A stretch of DNA of 64,000 nucleotides, from positions 64,172,001-64,236,000 of the forward strand of contig NW_024704742.1 in NCBI RefSeq assembly GCF_018977255.1. Reading direction: 5' to 3'. Source of the stretch: Callorhinchus milii. Taxonomy: Eukaryota. Positions 1 to 11,924 of this stretch are shown in pieces. A program made the translations under genes and the position numbers. Position 1 is the first letter of the stretch; each line of letters begins with the position of its first letter. The notes below the pieces were generated by a model. That model was given only the letters and a program-made list of their open reading frames with translations, searched no databases and was not told where the DNA came from.

Positions 1-199
1 GATACTTACATTGAGCTTGTATAAAACAAATGTTAGACTTTAATTTAAAAGTTATAGGTTTATCACTCTAGAGTTATGATGCTACGTAAGCAGTTCACAG
101 TAGTTTTGAAAAGCAACGAAGGTGAGAAATTCCAATCATGTCTAGATGTACACGACATATGCAGTTTAGAGCATCAAAAATTTGGAATATATTATACAG

Positions 200-855
200 T
201 ACAGTGACTACATGTTTTGTGGGTGAAAATGGCAGTCAATTTGCACACAGGATCATCCTGGAGTCCTGTAGCTCAGTGGTTAGAGCATTCACCTTGCAAG
301 CGAGAGACCTGAGTTCAATTCCAGACAGGGTGAAACCTTGGCCAAGTTTCCTTACTCCACACGCCTAATAATAATCCCTCAAAAAAAAATAATAATAAAT
401 TGGTCATTTTCAATCTACAACTGTTTGTGGGACATTGCTGTGTGCAATTAGCTGCCGCGTTCGCTCACAAATATACAGTCAATTCACTTTACAATATATT
501 CTGTGAAGCGCTTTGGGACGTCTAGAAGACGTGAAAAGTGCTATATCAAATGCAAGGATTATTATTATTATTATTATCCCACAAACAGCCATGAAGTGAA
601 TGACCAATTTTATTTTGGGGGATTGTTGGAGATTGGACACTGGGAGAAACTCCCTTCTCTTCAAATAGTGCAATGGGATCTTTGACATCCACCTAAACAA
701 GCAGATGGGGTTTAATGACTCATCCAAAGGAGTCCAACAATGAAACACACCCCCAGTACTGCATTGGAGTATCAGCTCAGAACTATATGAGTTCCAGGGC
801 CTGAAGTAGGGCATTCAAACACAATCTCTGACTCAAAATGAGAGTGCTACCAACA
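200..855 (-). mobile_element. SINE family B (SacSINE1-like tRNA-headed Deu-SINE), split by a family A insertion
   Basis: Reverse-strand Deu-type segment at 200-258 resumes at 578 (cccacaaacagccatgaagtgaatgacc...ggacactgggagaaactccc) and runs to the head (gagtgctaccaac, ~852). Confidence 0.8.
260..577 (+). mobile_element. SINE family A, short subtype (tRNA-Ala(TGC)-like head, Deu-like body, L2-type tail)
   Basis: GGAGTCCTGTAGCTCAGTGGTTAGAGC head with Pol III A/B boxes, body tttgtgggacattgctgtgtgcaattagctgccgcg, tail aaatgcaagg(att)n. Confidence 0.9.
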
Positions 856-860
856 TTAAT

Positions 861-1165
861 TACCCTTTGAGTAAAGAAATACTTATTGGTATGTGTCTTG
901 AAATTGCCCTTTGCAACTCTAAACCTGTATCCTCTTGTTTTACTGTCACAGTGAATATGAAAGTACCGTTCTGGGTAATTATTTTTTCAGTGCCATTTAA
1001 AATTTTATATACCTCTATAAGGTTCCCTCTGATGAAGAATCCAAGCTTGTCTAATCATTGCATGTAACTTGTTTCTTTTCCAATGACGATCATCCTCATT
1101 GCTCTCCTTTGCACTGCCTCTAGGATCTGTGCAGTCCCTTAAAACACTATTACCCAGAATTGAAG
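861..1165 (-). mobile_element. Old CR1 LINE 3' ORF2 fragment
   Basis: Reverse complement resembles the CR1 ORF2 C-terminal region of the better preserved copy at 8880-9260; highly diverged. Confidence 0.6.
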
Positions 1166-2608
1166 ATTGTGTGATAATTATTACATCACAACCCACATTT
1201 CCCCCCATTTTTAGCATTTAGTTTGTAAGCTCTCCAGATCTTCAGTACATCAGTAGCATCGCTCACATTCCTTCACTTCTTCAGTCTGAATATTACCAGC
1301 ATTCTTTCATGCATACAGTTATAATAATAATAATCCTTGCATTTGATATAGCACCTTATTACATCATCAAGACATCTCAAAGTGCTTCACAGAATATACC
1401 GTAAAGTAAATTTACTGTAAAGTGAATTAACTGTATATTTTGTGGAGTATATTTTTGTGGACGAAACACGGAAACCTATTGCAAACAGCAGTGTGCACAA
1501 ACAGTCGTGGATTGAAAACAAACTACTGGTTGCTCAATCCATAGTTTACAGTTGCAAATCTGTGCCAGCCAAAAGTAGAGATTGTTTCATTACATCTTTC
1601 CCTCTTTGCTTTATGTGAAAGGATTGATTTCCTCGCCCATGATCCAATAGCTGCTATGTTGGCAGCATGATAGGAATATATATTTACCTCAATCTCTCGT
1701 TGTGGTCCCTTCAGACTCATCAATAACCATTAGATGTATCAGCCATGAGAGCTCTCTCAGTACTTGGCAGGCTCACGGGTAAACATACACCGGCAGGTTG
1801 CATATTGAACAAGTGAAAGCTTTTGTGAAAACATTGCATGGATTAATAATCTGAAGAATCTGTTATTGTTGAAATGTCTTGTTCAAATATCAAAGCATTC
1901 AGTGAACTATTTACCTGGAACAATTTAGGAGCATGCAAGGACACATAAGTTATGTGAGATTTGCTTAGCAATCTGAGGACATTCCAAAGCGTTTCACAGT
2001 ATACACTTTAAAGTGGAGTGACTGTGTGTTTTGTGGGCAATTGCAGCAGCCAATGTCCCGTAAATAGCTGTGAAGTGAATGAACAATTTTATTTTCGGGA
2101 GTTGTTGGACAGGACACTGGGAGAAACTCCCTTCTATTTTCAAATAGTGCCAAGAGATTTTTAACATCTACTTGAACAGGCAAACGGGGCCTCACGTTAA
2201 CATCTTAACCAAAGGAAAGCATTTCTGACAATGCAGCACAACCCCAGGACTGCATCAAAGTGTCAGCATAAACTATATGAGTTCCGAGACACGGTAAAGT
2301 TGTAATGACCAACATAATCTTTCATTCATAAAACATGTCAAAACAGGAAACACTGTGGAAGAACAAGCACAGCTGGAGTTTCAAGACAAGATAAGGACAC
2401 TTCAGAAAATGTGGCCTATCATTAATACAATTGCCTGAGTATCCTTACTATCTAAAGTGATATGTATCAGTAGGTTTCAAGTGGATGAATATTCAATCTG
2501 TAATTGATTTCCTGAATGCCAGAGAATAAGACACACCAGAGAATCCTCCCCCTGAATTGATCATTTTATCCAGATGTCAGAGCATCATCCCCAAGAGGAT
2601 GGATGGGC

Positions 2609-3255
2609 AGGCAGGGCGAAACGTTGGGCTGGTTTCCTTGCTCCAAAAACACCTCTGTTTGCCCGGCAGTGAGTGGGAACCCGATTATAATAATATAATA
2701 ATAATAATCCTTGCATTTGATATAGCACTTTTCACGTCGGGAGGACGTCCCAAAGCGCTTCACAGAACACACTGTAAAGTGAATTGACTGTATATTTGTG
2801 GGCGAACGCGGCAGCCAATTGTGCACAGCAATGTCCCACAAACAGTCGTAGATTGAAAATGACCAATTATATTATTGTTTTTGTTTTTGGAGGGATTATT
2901 ATTAGGCTCTGTGTGGAGTAAGAAAACTTGCCCAAGGTTTCGCGCTGCCTGGAATTGAATTCAGGTCTCTCACTTGCAAAGCGAGTACTCTAACCACTGA
3001 GCTACAAGACTCCACAAGTTGTTAGTCAATTGGCGGGTCGCTTTTCTGGGGGTAATAATACCTTCACAAAACAAAAAAAAGCAGTCACTTCAGTCCTCAA
3101 CTGTTTGTGGGACACTGCTGTGCGCAATTGGCTGCCGCGTTTCACCCACAGAATATACAGTTAATTCACTTTACAGTGTATTCTGTGAAGTGCTTTACCA
3201 TGTCTCGAAGACTTGCTAAGGACTACATCAAACTCAAGAATTTGTCTTATTATTA
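2609..3255 (+). mobile_element. SINE family A, long subtype, interrupted by an antisense young SINE A
   Basis: Left part 2609-2685 (cagggcgaaacgttgggc...ggaacccgat) and right part 3017-3255 (gttgttagtcaattggcgg...) are consecutive pieces of the long subtype, as seen intact at 38073-38436. Confidence 0.8.
2686..3013 (-). mobile_element. SINE family A, short subtype, young full-length copy
   Basis: Nearly identical in reverse complement to 53752-54084; CpGs retained; (taa)n tail at the left end. Confidence 0.92.
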
Positions 3256-3261
3256 TAAAAC

Positions 3262-3432
3262 ACTGAGTGGTTTGGATCTGGAATACATTGCCTAAAAGAT
3301 AGTGGAAGCCGATTCGATAACAACTTTTAAGAGTAGATAATTATTTGGGGGAGAGAGCAGGGAGTGGGATTGATTTGTATAGCTCTTTTCAATGGCTTCC
3401 TTCTGTGCTGTATAATTCTATGATTCTATGAT
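3262..3432 (+). mobile_element. CR1 LINE 3' end fragment
   Basis: Matches the 3' end of the CR1 at 9200-9438, ending aatggcttccttctgtgctgtata(attctatg)2. Confidence 0.75.
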
Positions 3433-5414
3433 AAAAGTTAGCACATACACAGAAGGGAGTTTCTCTGGTGTCCTGGCCAACAATTCAATTGGTCATTCAT
3501 TTCATGGCTGTTTGTGAGAGTATTGCTATGCGCAAATGGGCTGCTGCATTCACCTCAAATGTAAAGCTTGCTCCATTTGACAGTAATTTCTGGGAAGCAC
3601 TTTGAGACATCCCCCCAACGTGAAAGGCGCAATACTAAAAGCAAGGATTATTACTATTATTATATTACAGTATATTTGTGCTTTAACTTCTGAAATTGGA
3701 AAACATAAACTTCCTCTAATAAATGTCAAGATTTACAGTGTCACCACTGTGGACAATTAGAAATGTCAGATACCATTTGAGATATGCAAAGAGTAATCCC
3801 AGGGAGACTCGTCATGTGTCTCATTTAAGGTGATCCTTGTCAGCTCCTTAACTAACGGATTGGGTCACTGTATACTTGAGCTGCCTGAAAATGTGTGACC
3901 TCTACCAGGACTGACACTCATTCCTCCTTCCAGAGATAACTGTTCCCATTGGATTTCTGATTTTGATTCCAAATGCAGTGCCACAATAATTCAACCTCCT
4001 ACCTATTATATGATAAAATAAATATTCAGATTTATTAAAAACAAATGATTTTCCCCATTGATCACTGAAGACTCTTTCCGTAGAAATCATCCATTAAGAG
4101 CATCCTCTGCACCACTTCTTTCCCATTAAGCATTGCTGATCGAGGATATTTGTCATTGTGCAACTAATGAAGCAAAGTGAGATTGAATGACAATTAATGC
4201 CAGATGTAGTAAACCAAAGGACCTTTACAGTGGGAAGGATATCTATCTTGTCAGTGCTTTAAATTGCTTAGGTGAGCTTAATGCTGTTAGTGAATGTATA
4301 GAAGACAAACATTTCAATCCTTTAGGTCCATCATCCTTCATTTTGACTATCACAGGATTATGTTTTAGGGTGTTTATTTTGCTTGAAGGTGATTTCGATA
4401 AGTGTGTCCATCTATCAGGGTTTGAGTTAACTTGTCTGAGCAGTGCTTAGGGGTGTTATTCTGTGTGAAGGCCTCTGTATAAATGCAAGTTGTTGTTGTT
4501 GTTGAATAATTTAGGGCAATAACCTTGATATGGCTCTTGAGGTTTGGACTTAACCAGTTTTTGGATCACCAGTGACCCCCAGCAGAATGATCTTGTACTT
4601 GGAGGCATTCACTTGACAGCTTGAAATCAAACATTTTCCACATGGGATATGGTTGTTTTAGTTATGTCAGGAGATTCATTGTCCACAATGAAACCCCAAA
4701 CATCTGCCACAATGGACGTTTCGTTTGGTGATTTTTTTTGTTGCAGAAATATTGATGCTTCGCTTTATATCGTTCATTACATTCTTGGTTTTGTATATAT
4801 ATTGCCATCTTCATATAGAGGTTCTGCTTGCATTGTTGACATTATAATTGAATATAATCTGATCAGCAGTCCATTCATTTTTAATGAGTTCACCAATCTG
4901 ATCTGACGTAGTAGTTGTGGCAATAACAATGAGCCTCAATCAGTTAATAATAATATTAATTATTGTATTTTATATTGCATCTATCACATTGGGAGCATGT
5001 CTCAAAGCGCTTCACAGGATCTACTGTAAAGTGTAGTGACTGTACATGTTATAGGAAAACACAGCAGCCAAATTGCATGCAGCAATGTCCCACAAACAGC
5101 CAAAAACTAGTTTTATCTGGAGGAATGCCAGGACACTTTTTGAATATTGCTGTGGGATCTTCATGACCCTTCTGCCTCTGTGATCATCTCCATCCAGACC
5201 ACCCACTCTGCTGTCCCCCTATCACAGCATCAAGCTGTTTCTTAAATGAGTGCTGGTCCTGGCCTCAACCAGCTTTCCTAGATCATTGCTTAATTTATCC
5301 TCTGGATAAAAAGAAATGTTTGTCCTGAAAGTAACTGAGCATAATAATAATAAGTTGCATTTATATAGCATCCTTCACATTGTGTAACGTTAGGGGTGCT
5401 TTAAGGGTCAGACC

Positions 5415-5759
5415 TGGGGGATCCCACATGGTAATGGTGCTCCCGAAATCCCAAGAATCATTCAAGAGAATCCTGGGATTTGGGTATTGCATGAAGGCTG
5501 ATCCCAGATGGAAGGAGATGGTGGGTCATCCCGCTCTACTGGAAGCAGGCCACACGTTGCGGTGAGGATGAGCCGTTGGCAGGTGTTTAAACCTTCAGGG
5601 CACCCTCCGCACGGAGGGACACACTCTCTGAGGTATCCACTGGTGCAGAGAATGACCACAGGTATCCTGGACTACATAATATGCGGGATCCCAAGATTTG
5701 AGGCATTTAAATCCCGAAATCTCAGTATTCTGAAAGAGCATCGGGAATGCAACCCCTTA
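5415..5759. mobile_element. Possible non-autonomous hAT-like DNA element inserted in an old L2 tail
   Basis: Right end TCGGGAATGCAACCCCTTA; repeated subterminal tcccgaaatc/gggatt motifs at both ends; imperfect 8-bp flanking repeat gtcagacc (5407-5414) / gtcaaccc (5760-5767); left terminus degenerate. Confidence 0.4.
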
Positions 5760-7046
5760 GTCAACCCCTGAGCAAGGGAGAGGGGAAATGGAGAGATGGA
5801 CATGGCCGTGTTCATAGAGGTAGGTTTTCAGGCGGAACTTAATGACAGAAAGAGGGGGGCCAAGTGTAAGCCACGGTTGAGGATCCTATATACTCGATCA
5901 GGCTGCATTACAGAATCCGGCGTGAGAAAAGACTTCATCATCTTATCTCTATGAGAATCCATACAATACAGTACAATTTTACATTTACATAGAGCCTTTC
6001 ACTTCGGGAGGACAACCATACAAATCTTCTGCTAAACACAACAAAGATATATTGGCGCAGTTACACATCAGACAAGGGGAGTCTAAATGTCTCGCAGAAT
6101 GACCTGTACTTGCCAATGATACAGCAGAAGCCACTGGAAACAATCCTGTTCTGTCTGGGAGTATGACGCATCTCCAGTCTCATTTAAGTAGGAAACTTGA
6201 GCTATGGACTGAAAGTGCATGTGTATTGTAGGGTTTAAGAGGTTGAATTAGAAGGGCACTACAGACAGGAGTATTGCAGATGTACCCAGAAGCCATAGCG
6301 GAATAGTGAAAATGTAATTTGTGGGTGAGAAGTTATGTCACCTAAAATCCTTTATTGTGAAATGGTTGTACATATTCGGCCCCAGGTTTTCCCTTGTCGT
6401 TGCTTGTAAAATCATTTTGTCTTAAAATATAAAATTGCACATCTGCCTCTGTCCCATCGCTCCTCCGCACTGTCTCTCACAAGGTTTTATGAGAGTGATG
6501 AGACAGAAGCGGAGGAGGAGATATGAGGCAGTCAGAGAGCGAGGGAAAGAGTGCCGGAACAGGAGGTAAAAGTGCCATGCGTTACCAAAAGACCACCGGG
6601 GGCCGTTGTGAAAGGCGACATTTGAATGTATATTGCATTATATAATTTGGAAGCCAGTTTTCTGTCATTCTCAAATTAAGATAACAGTTCAGAATGTTCC
6701 ACAATTCTGCATATCTTAAACGTTAAGACAAAACCTGTGTTTTAATGATGTCTTTAATGAGGAGTCCAGATGGACATACACAGCACTTTAGTAACCTTCA
6801 AAAACACCTGCCTGGATTCCACTGCATTGCTGTTTATACATTCAGTCACTTCTCTGTATAAACTGGGCCAGCTTTGACCTCAAAGATGCCTTTGTTCTTC
6901 AGAGCAAAGATGGCGAACTTGGACATTAATGATTAGAAACAGTTCCTGAAGTCTCATTAATGGGGGAACCACATTTAATGTTATTGTGTCAAATAACAAA
7001 GTTACTCTATCATCTCTAGACACGTTGAAGAAATGCCCAGCTATAA

Positions 7047-9438
7047 GTGGAAAATTTTCTTGAGCAGTATGTCTCCAGTCTCCACTCCTATGAGGAAGGA
7101 AGCATTGCTGGATCTAGTTCTGGGAATGAAATAGGTCAGGTTGAACAGGTTTTGGTAGGGGAGCATCTAGGTAACAGTGACCATAATATTGTTAGATTTA
7201 GATTACTCATGAACAGGGACAAAGTACAGTCAAGGGTGAAAATGCTTGACTGGAAAAGGGCTCATTTTGATGGGCTGAAAAGGGACCTAGAGTTGGTGGA
7301 CTGGCAAGTAAGACTAGCAGGTAAAACGACTCATGAGCAATGGGAGATCTTCAAAGATATGATAGCTCAAGGTCTAAATAGATATATTCCCACAAAAGGG
7401 AAATGTGCGACAACCAAGCCAGCCTGGATGACCAGGGATATTCTGTCTAGGATGAAAAAGAAGAAGACGGCGTACGACAATTGGAAGACGCAAGATACTG
7501 AGGATAGCAAAGCGCATTATAGAGAATGCAGGAGTGATCTTAAAAGAGTGATAAGACAGGCTAAAAGATCGCATGAGAAGAGGTTAGCGGGTAACATAAA
7601 GGGGAATCCTAAAATATTTTACAAGCACATAAAGGAAAAAAGGTTAGTTAAAGGTAGGGTGGGACCAATCAAAGACAATGACGGCACTCTTGTTGTGGAG
7701 GCAGAGGGCACGGCTGATGTACTGAACGAATACTTTGCATCTGTCTTCACAACGGAAATGGATGCCCCAAATGCCGCAGTATTGGATGAGAGGGTAGAGG
7801 AAATAGATCAGATTACTATAGACAGAGAGGAAGTTCTGAAAAGATTGACTGGGCTCAAAATTGATAAGTCACCAGGACCAGATGGGTTTCACCCAAGGTT
7901 GCTGTGGGAGATATGGGTTCAAATAGCGGAGGCTTTGGCCATTATATTTCAATCTTCATTGGACACAGGAGTGGTGCCAAGAGACTGGAGAGTGGCTAAT
8001 GTTACCCCCTCTACAAAAAGGGGCAGAAAGACAAACCCGGAAATTACAGGCCAGTCAGCCTAACTTCGGTAATAGGAAAACTACTGGAGACCATAATCCG
8101 GGACAGAATAAATCTCTACTTAGAGGAACATGAGGTAATTAGAGACAGCCAACATGGATTTGTTAAAGGCAAATCTTGCCTAACAAATCTAATAGAATTT
8201 TTTGAAGAGGTGACTGCGAGGGTTGATGAGGGAAATGTGGTGGACGTTATTTACATGAATTTCAAAAAGGCTTTTGACACAGTACGCATAAGAGATTAAT
8301 AAAAATATTAGAGGCCCATGGTATTAAGGGGATAGTGGCAGTTTGGATTAAGAACTGGCTGAGTGACAGAAAGCAGAGGGTGGTGGTTAATGGGTGTTTC
8401 TCAAAATGGAAGGAGGTGTGCAGCGGTGTCCCCCAGGGATCGGTATTGGGACCACTGCTCTTTCTAATATATATTAATGATCTGGACTTGGGCATTGAGA
8501 GCACTATTTCCAAGTTTGCAGATGATACAAATTAGGTAGGGTAGTAAATAGTGAGGAGGACTGTAACCAACTGCAAGCAGACATACACAGAATGGTGGAA
8601 TGGGCTGACATGTGGCAGATGGATTTCAATGTGGATAAGTGTGAGGCGATACACTTAGGTAGGAAAAATGATAGGCAATATAGACTTGGTAGCTCAATCT
8701 TAAGGGGAGTACAGAGAGATCTGGGTGTTCAAGTAAGCAAATCATTAAAGGTAGCGGGGCAGGTAGATAAGGCAGTAAAAAAGGCATTTAGTGTACTGAG
8801 CTTTATTAGTAGGGGCATAGAGTATAAGAGTAGGGAGGTTATGGTTAATCTATACAAAACACTGGTTAGGCCTCAGCTGGAGTACTGCGTCCAGTTCTGG
8901 GCACCTTACTTCAGGAAGGACATTAAGGCACTGGAAAGGGTGCAGAGGAGATTCATGAGAATGATACCAGGAATGGAGAACCTTAACTATGAGGACAGGC
9001 TGGAGGAGTTAGGACTTTTCCCGTTGGAGCAGAGAAGATTACGTGGGGACCTGGTAAAGGTCTTCAAGATCATGAAAGGTTTCGACAGGCGAGATAGGGA
9101 AAAGCTGTTTCCACTGGTAGGTGTGTCTGTGACCCGTAGTCACAGTCTTAAGATATCTACCAAAAGAAGCAGAGGGGAGGTTAGAAGAAATTTTTTCACT
9201 CAGCGAGTTGTTCGAATCTGGAATGATCTGCCTGAAAGGGCAGTGAAGTCCGATTCGATAACAGCTTTTAAGAGAGAACTGGATAGGTATCTGGAGAAGA
9301 CGGGTTTGCAGGGTTATGGGGAGAAAGCTGGTGATTGGGGTTAGTGAAAGTGACTTGCTCTGTCAAAGAGCCGGCACAGACTCGATGGGCCGAATGGCCT
9401 CCTTCTGTGCTGTAACATTCTATGAATCTATCAATCTA
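7047..9438 (+). mobile_element. CR1 LINE, 5'-truncated, frameshifted ORF2 (end of endonuclease plus reverse transcriptase) and 3' UTR
   Basis: ORFs 7047-8063, 8335-8535 and 8592-9344 carry [56 protein letters not shown] and LVRPQLEYCVQFWAPY; 3' UTR ends gatgggccgaatggcctccttctgtgctgtaacattctatgaatctat. Confidence 0.97.
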
Positions 9439-10255
9439 AAGTTCATCAACTTGAGCTCCAGCTGTGAACACTGCACATACCAATAGGCCTGTCTTCATTG
9501 GGAAGTTCAGATGCACATCATCACACAGCTGCATTAATCAGAGCTAAGCACCTAAGCCAGCAGGAAGTCAGGCACTTGATAGCTATAAGTGACTGAGAAG
9601 GAATTACAGCACCACAACTCATTTACAAAATGGTAATTCTGTCACAAAGAAGGAAGAGAACCAGATTCACAGAGCCCCAAGTGACCCACGTTGGTGCAAA
9701 GGGCTCCAGCCAAGAGCTTTGTGGTTTTTGGAACTATTGCCTCTAGCCTGTGTATCAGGAGGAAGATGTGGGAAGTAGCTTACAACAGCAACTTGCATTT
9801 ATATAGTGCCCTTCATGTAATACTTGACAGTGGAGGAGCACAATGCCGGAGCTTGTACCCAGACAATGCAACAAGCTGGAGTCAGCCTCAATGATGGTAA
9901 GATAAGCAACGCAAAGAAAATTGCATTCAATTATAAAGCCTGGAGAGTGTTGAAGATCAAAGTCCATCTAAATTTTGAATGGATTGGGAGGCACCATTCT
10001 AAAAACTAAAATGATAACTTGATGTATTCTCAGCACTAAATTTAACCTGAGATAATTAACATTTGGAACATGTTACCAGGAAAGAGTGTTTGATGCCAGG
10101 ACAGTGGTACTATAATGGATTGGTGGGCATCACACAGTCTTCTTCATCTGGACCAGTCTTGTGATCGTGTTAATCAGAAATCTGGTAGTCACAAGGGAAG
10201 CTGCTTTCCATGGGTAGTTGAGGGAGATATCTAACAACAAATAATGAATGTATGT

Positions 10256-10672
10256 GAGCTCAGTTCAGTTGGTAGCATTCTTGCCTCTGAATTAGAAGGT
10301 TATGGGTTCAAGCCCATTGTCATGATTTGGAGCCCATACAGTCTGCTGGTACTCCAATGCAGTGTTGGGGTAGTCCTTCGTTGTTGGAGATGCCATCATT
10401 CGGTCCTGTCTGCCTGTCCTAGTCAATGTTAAAGACCACATGACACTATTCGAAAAGAGAAGGGAGTTTTTCCTAGTATCCTGGCCAACAACCAAATAAA
10501 ATTAGTCACTCACGCCATAGGACATTGACGTGTGCAAATTGGATGCTGCGGATCATCCAAAAAATACACACAGTCACACCACTTCACAGAATATTCTGTG
10601 TTGAGCTTTGAGATATTTCAATTACATGATAAAGTACTATATCAAATGCAAATATTATTACAGTATTATTAT
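10256..10672 (+). mobile_element. SINE family B, near full length
   Basis: Head cagttggtagcattcttgcctctgaattagaaggttatgggttcaagcc, body gaaaagagaagggagtttt...ctggccaaca, Deu segment and (att)n tail. Confidence 0.85.
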
Positions 10673-11057
10673 GTTATTACAGTTTAAATCACTCTGTAGA
10701 GGTAATTTCTAAATGTTTTTCAGTAATGAGTCAGTCAAACTAATAACACTGCCACCTTACATATGAATAGATGTTACTTTTCTTAATAGTGTATATATTT
10801 GCTTTTGCTAATTTTTGCAGGAGGTTGATATTTTGTTCACCAGGTATTTTGTCAAGCCATTTTTGAATAGTCGTAATAACAGTCCCGTTTTTTATTATTA
10901 TAGTTATGATCTGGGCTAAAATTCTACCCAAATCGGGTATGAAACCTCACTTATTTTACCTCCAAGGTACCATATTACAGATGAGCAGTAATAATATGCA
11001 GAGGATTTGCTTTAATTTGTGTTGCATAATATTGATACGTTTCCTTAATTTAAAAAC

Positions 11058-11465
11058 AATAATAAACCTTGCATTTGATATAGCACCTTATTACGTCTTC
11101 GAGACATCAAAGCTCTTCACAGAATATACTGTAAAAATAAATTGACTATATTTCGCAGGTGAAATGGTGCAGCCAATTGCGCACAGCAGTGTCCCACAAA
11201 CAATTCTGGATTGTGTGATCACATTATTTATTTATTTATTTATTTGTTTGTTTGTTTGTTTGTTTGTTTATGTTATGTTTGAAGGGATTATAACCCCCAG
11301 AAAAGCAATCCACCAATTGACTAACAACCAGGTTCCTACTTAATGCTAAGTAAACAGAGGTGTGTGGAATAAGGAAACTTGCCCAACATTTCACCCTACC
11401 AGGAATCAAACCCAGGTCCTGTCGCTTGCAAGGCATGTGCTCTAACCACTAAGCTACAGGACTCC
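11058..11465 (-). mobile_element. SINE family A, long subtype, with internal (TTTA/TTTG)n expansion
   Basis: Head to tail complete on the minus strand; the central A-rich linker has expanded into a microsatellite at ~11226-11280. Confidence 0.88.
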
Positions 11466-11748
11466 ACTTTTGCAATGAGAAGGAACCATTCACATTGCAC
11501 TGTTTTAAACACATAGAAAGTGCTCAGCATTCAAAAATGTTGCTACAGTATTATTTCTTTACAGAGTATATGTGAGCTATTGATAATTACTGTCTTTACC
11601 AAACTCCAAAATTGTGGCACTCCTTACCTCTCTGCCCTTTCTTCCTCTCACCCTCTATAGGCAATGATACCCCCAAGCTTGCCATCGATTCAATCCTACT
11701 TCTTGATTTATCATTCTATCTCAGATTCTTTTCAGTTGTGTTGGTATT

Positions 11749-11924
11749 ACAAACAGTCGTGGATTGAAGTTGAAGTGACCAATTTATTATTGTTTTTTTT
11801 CTTGAGGGATTATTATCAGGCGTGCGGAGTAAGGAAACTTGCCCAAGGTTTCTCCCTCCCGGGAATTGAACCTGGGTCTCTCGCTTGCAAAGCAAGTGCT
11901 CTAACTACTGAGTTACAGGACTCC
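11749..11924 (-). mobile_element. SINE family A, short subtype, 5' half only
   Basis: tRNA-like head through the acgactgtttg segment; 3' part absent. Confidence 0.8.

Noticed and set aside
260..330. tRNA-Ala(TGC)-like sequences here and at ~2945-3013, 11400-11465, 53752-53820 and 57088-57155
   Set aside because: D, anticodon and T arms are present but there is no acceptor-stem 3' strand, and each runs into the same SINE body. These are SINE heads, not tRNA genes.
2566..2841. Near-identical small ORFs (MWDIAV...KCKDYYYY) here and at 53928-54110, and the [15 protein letters not shown] family
   Set aside because: Translations of the SINE Deu segment and (ATT)n tail, not a peptide gene family.
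7047..9344. Long ORFs of 338 and 250 aa as host genes or an active RT
   Set aside because: Frameshifted, 5'-truncated CR1 ORF2.
11622..11667. Possible 27-nt minus-strand exon (11628-11654, RVRGRKGRE in one frame) with TAG acceptor and GTAAGG donor
   Set aside because: Weak pyrimidine tract, low-complexity purine sequence, no recognisable peptide and no partner exons.
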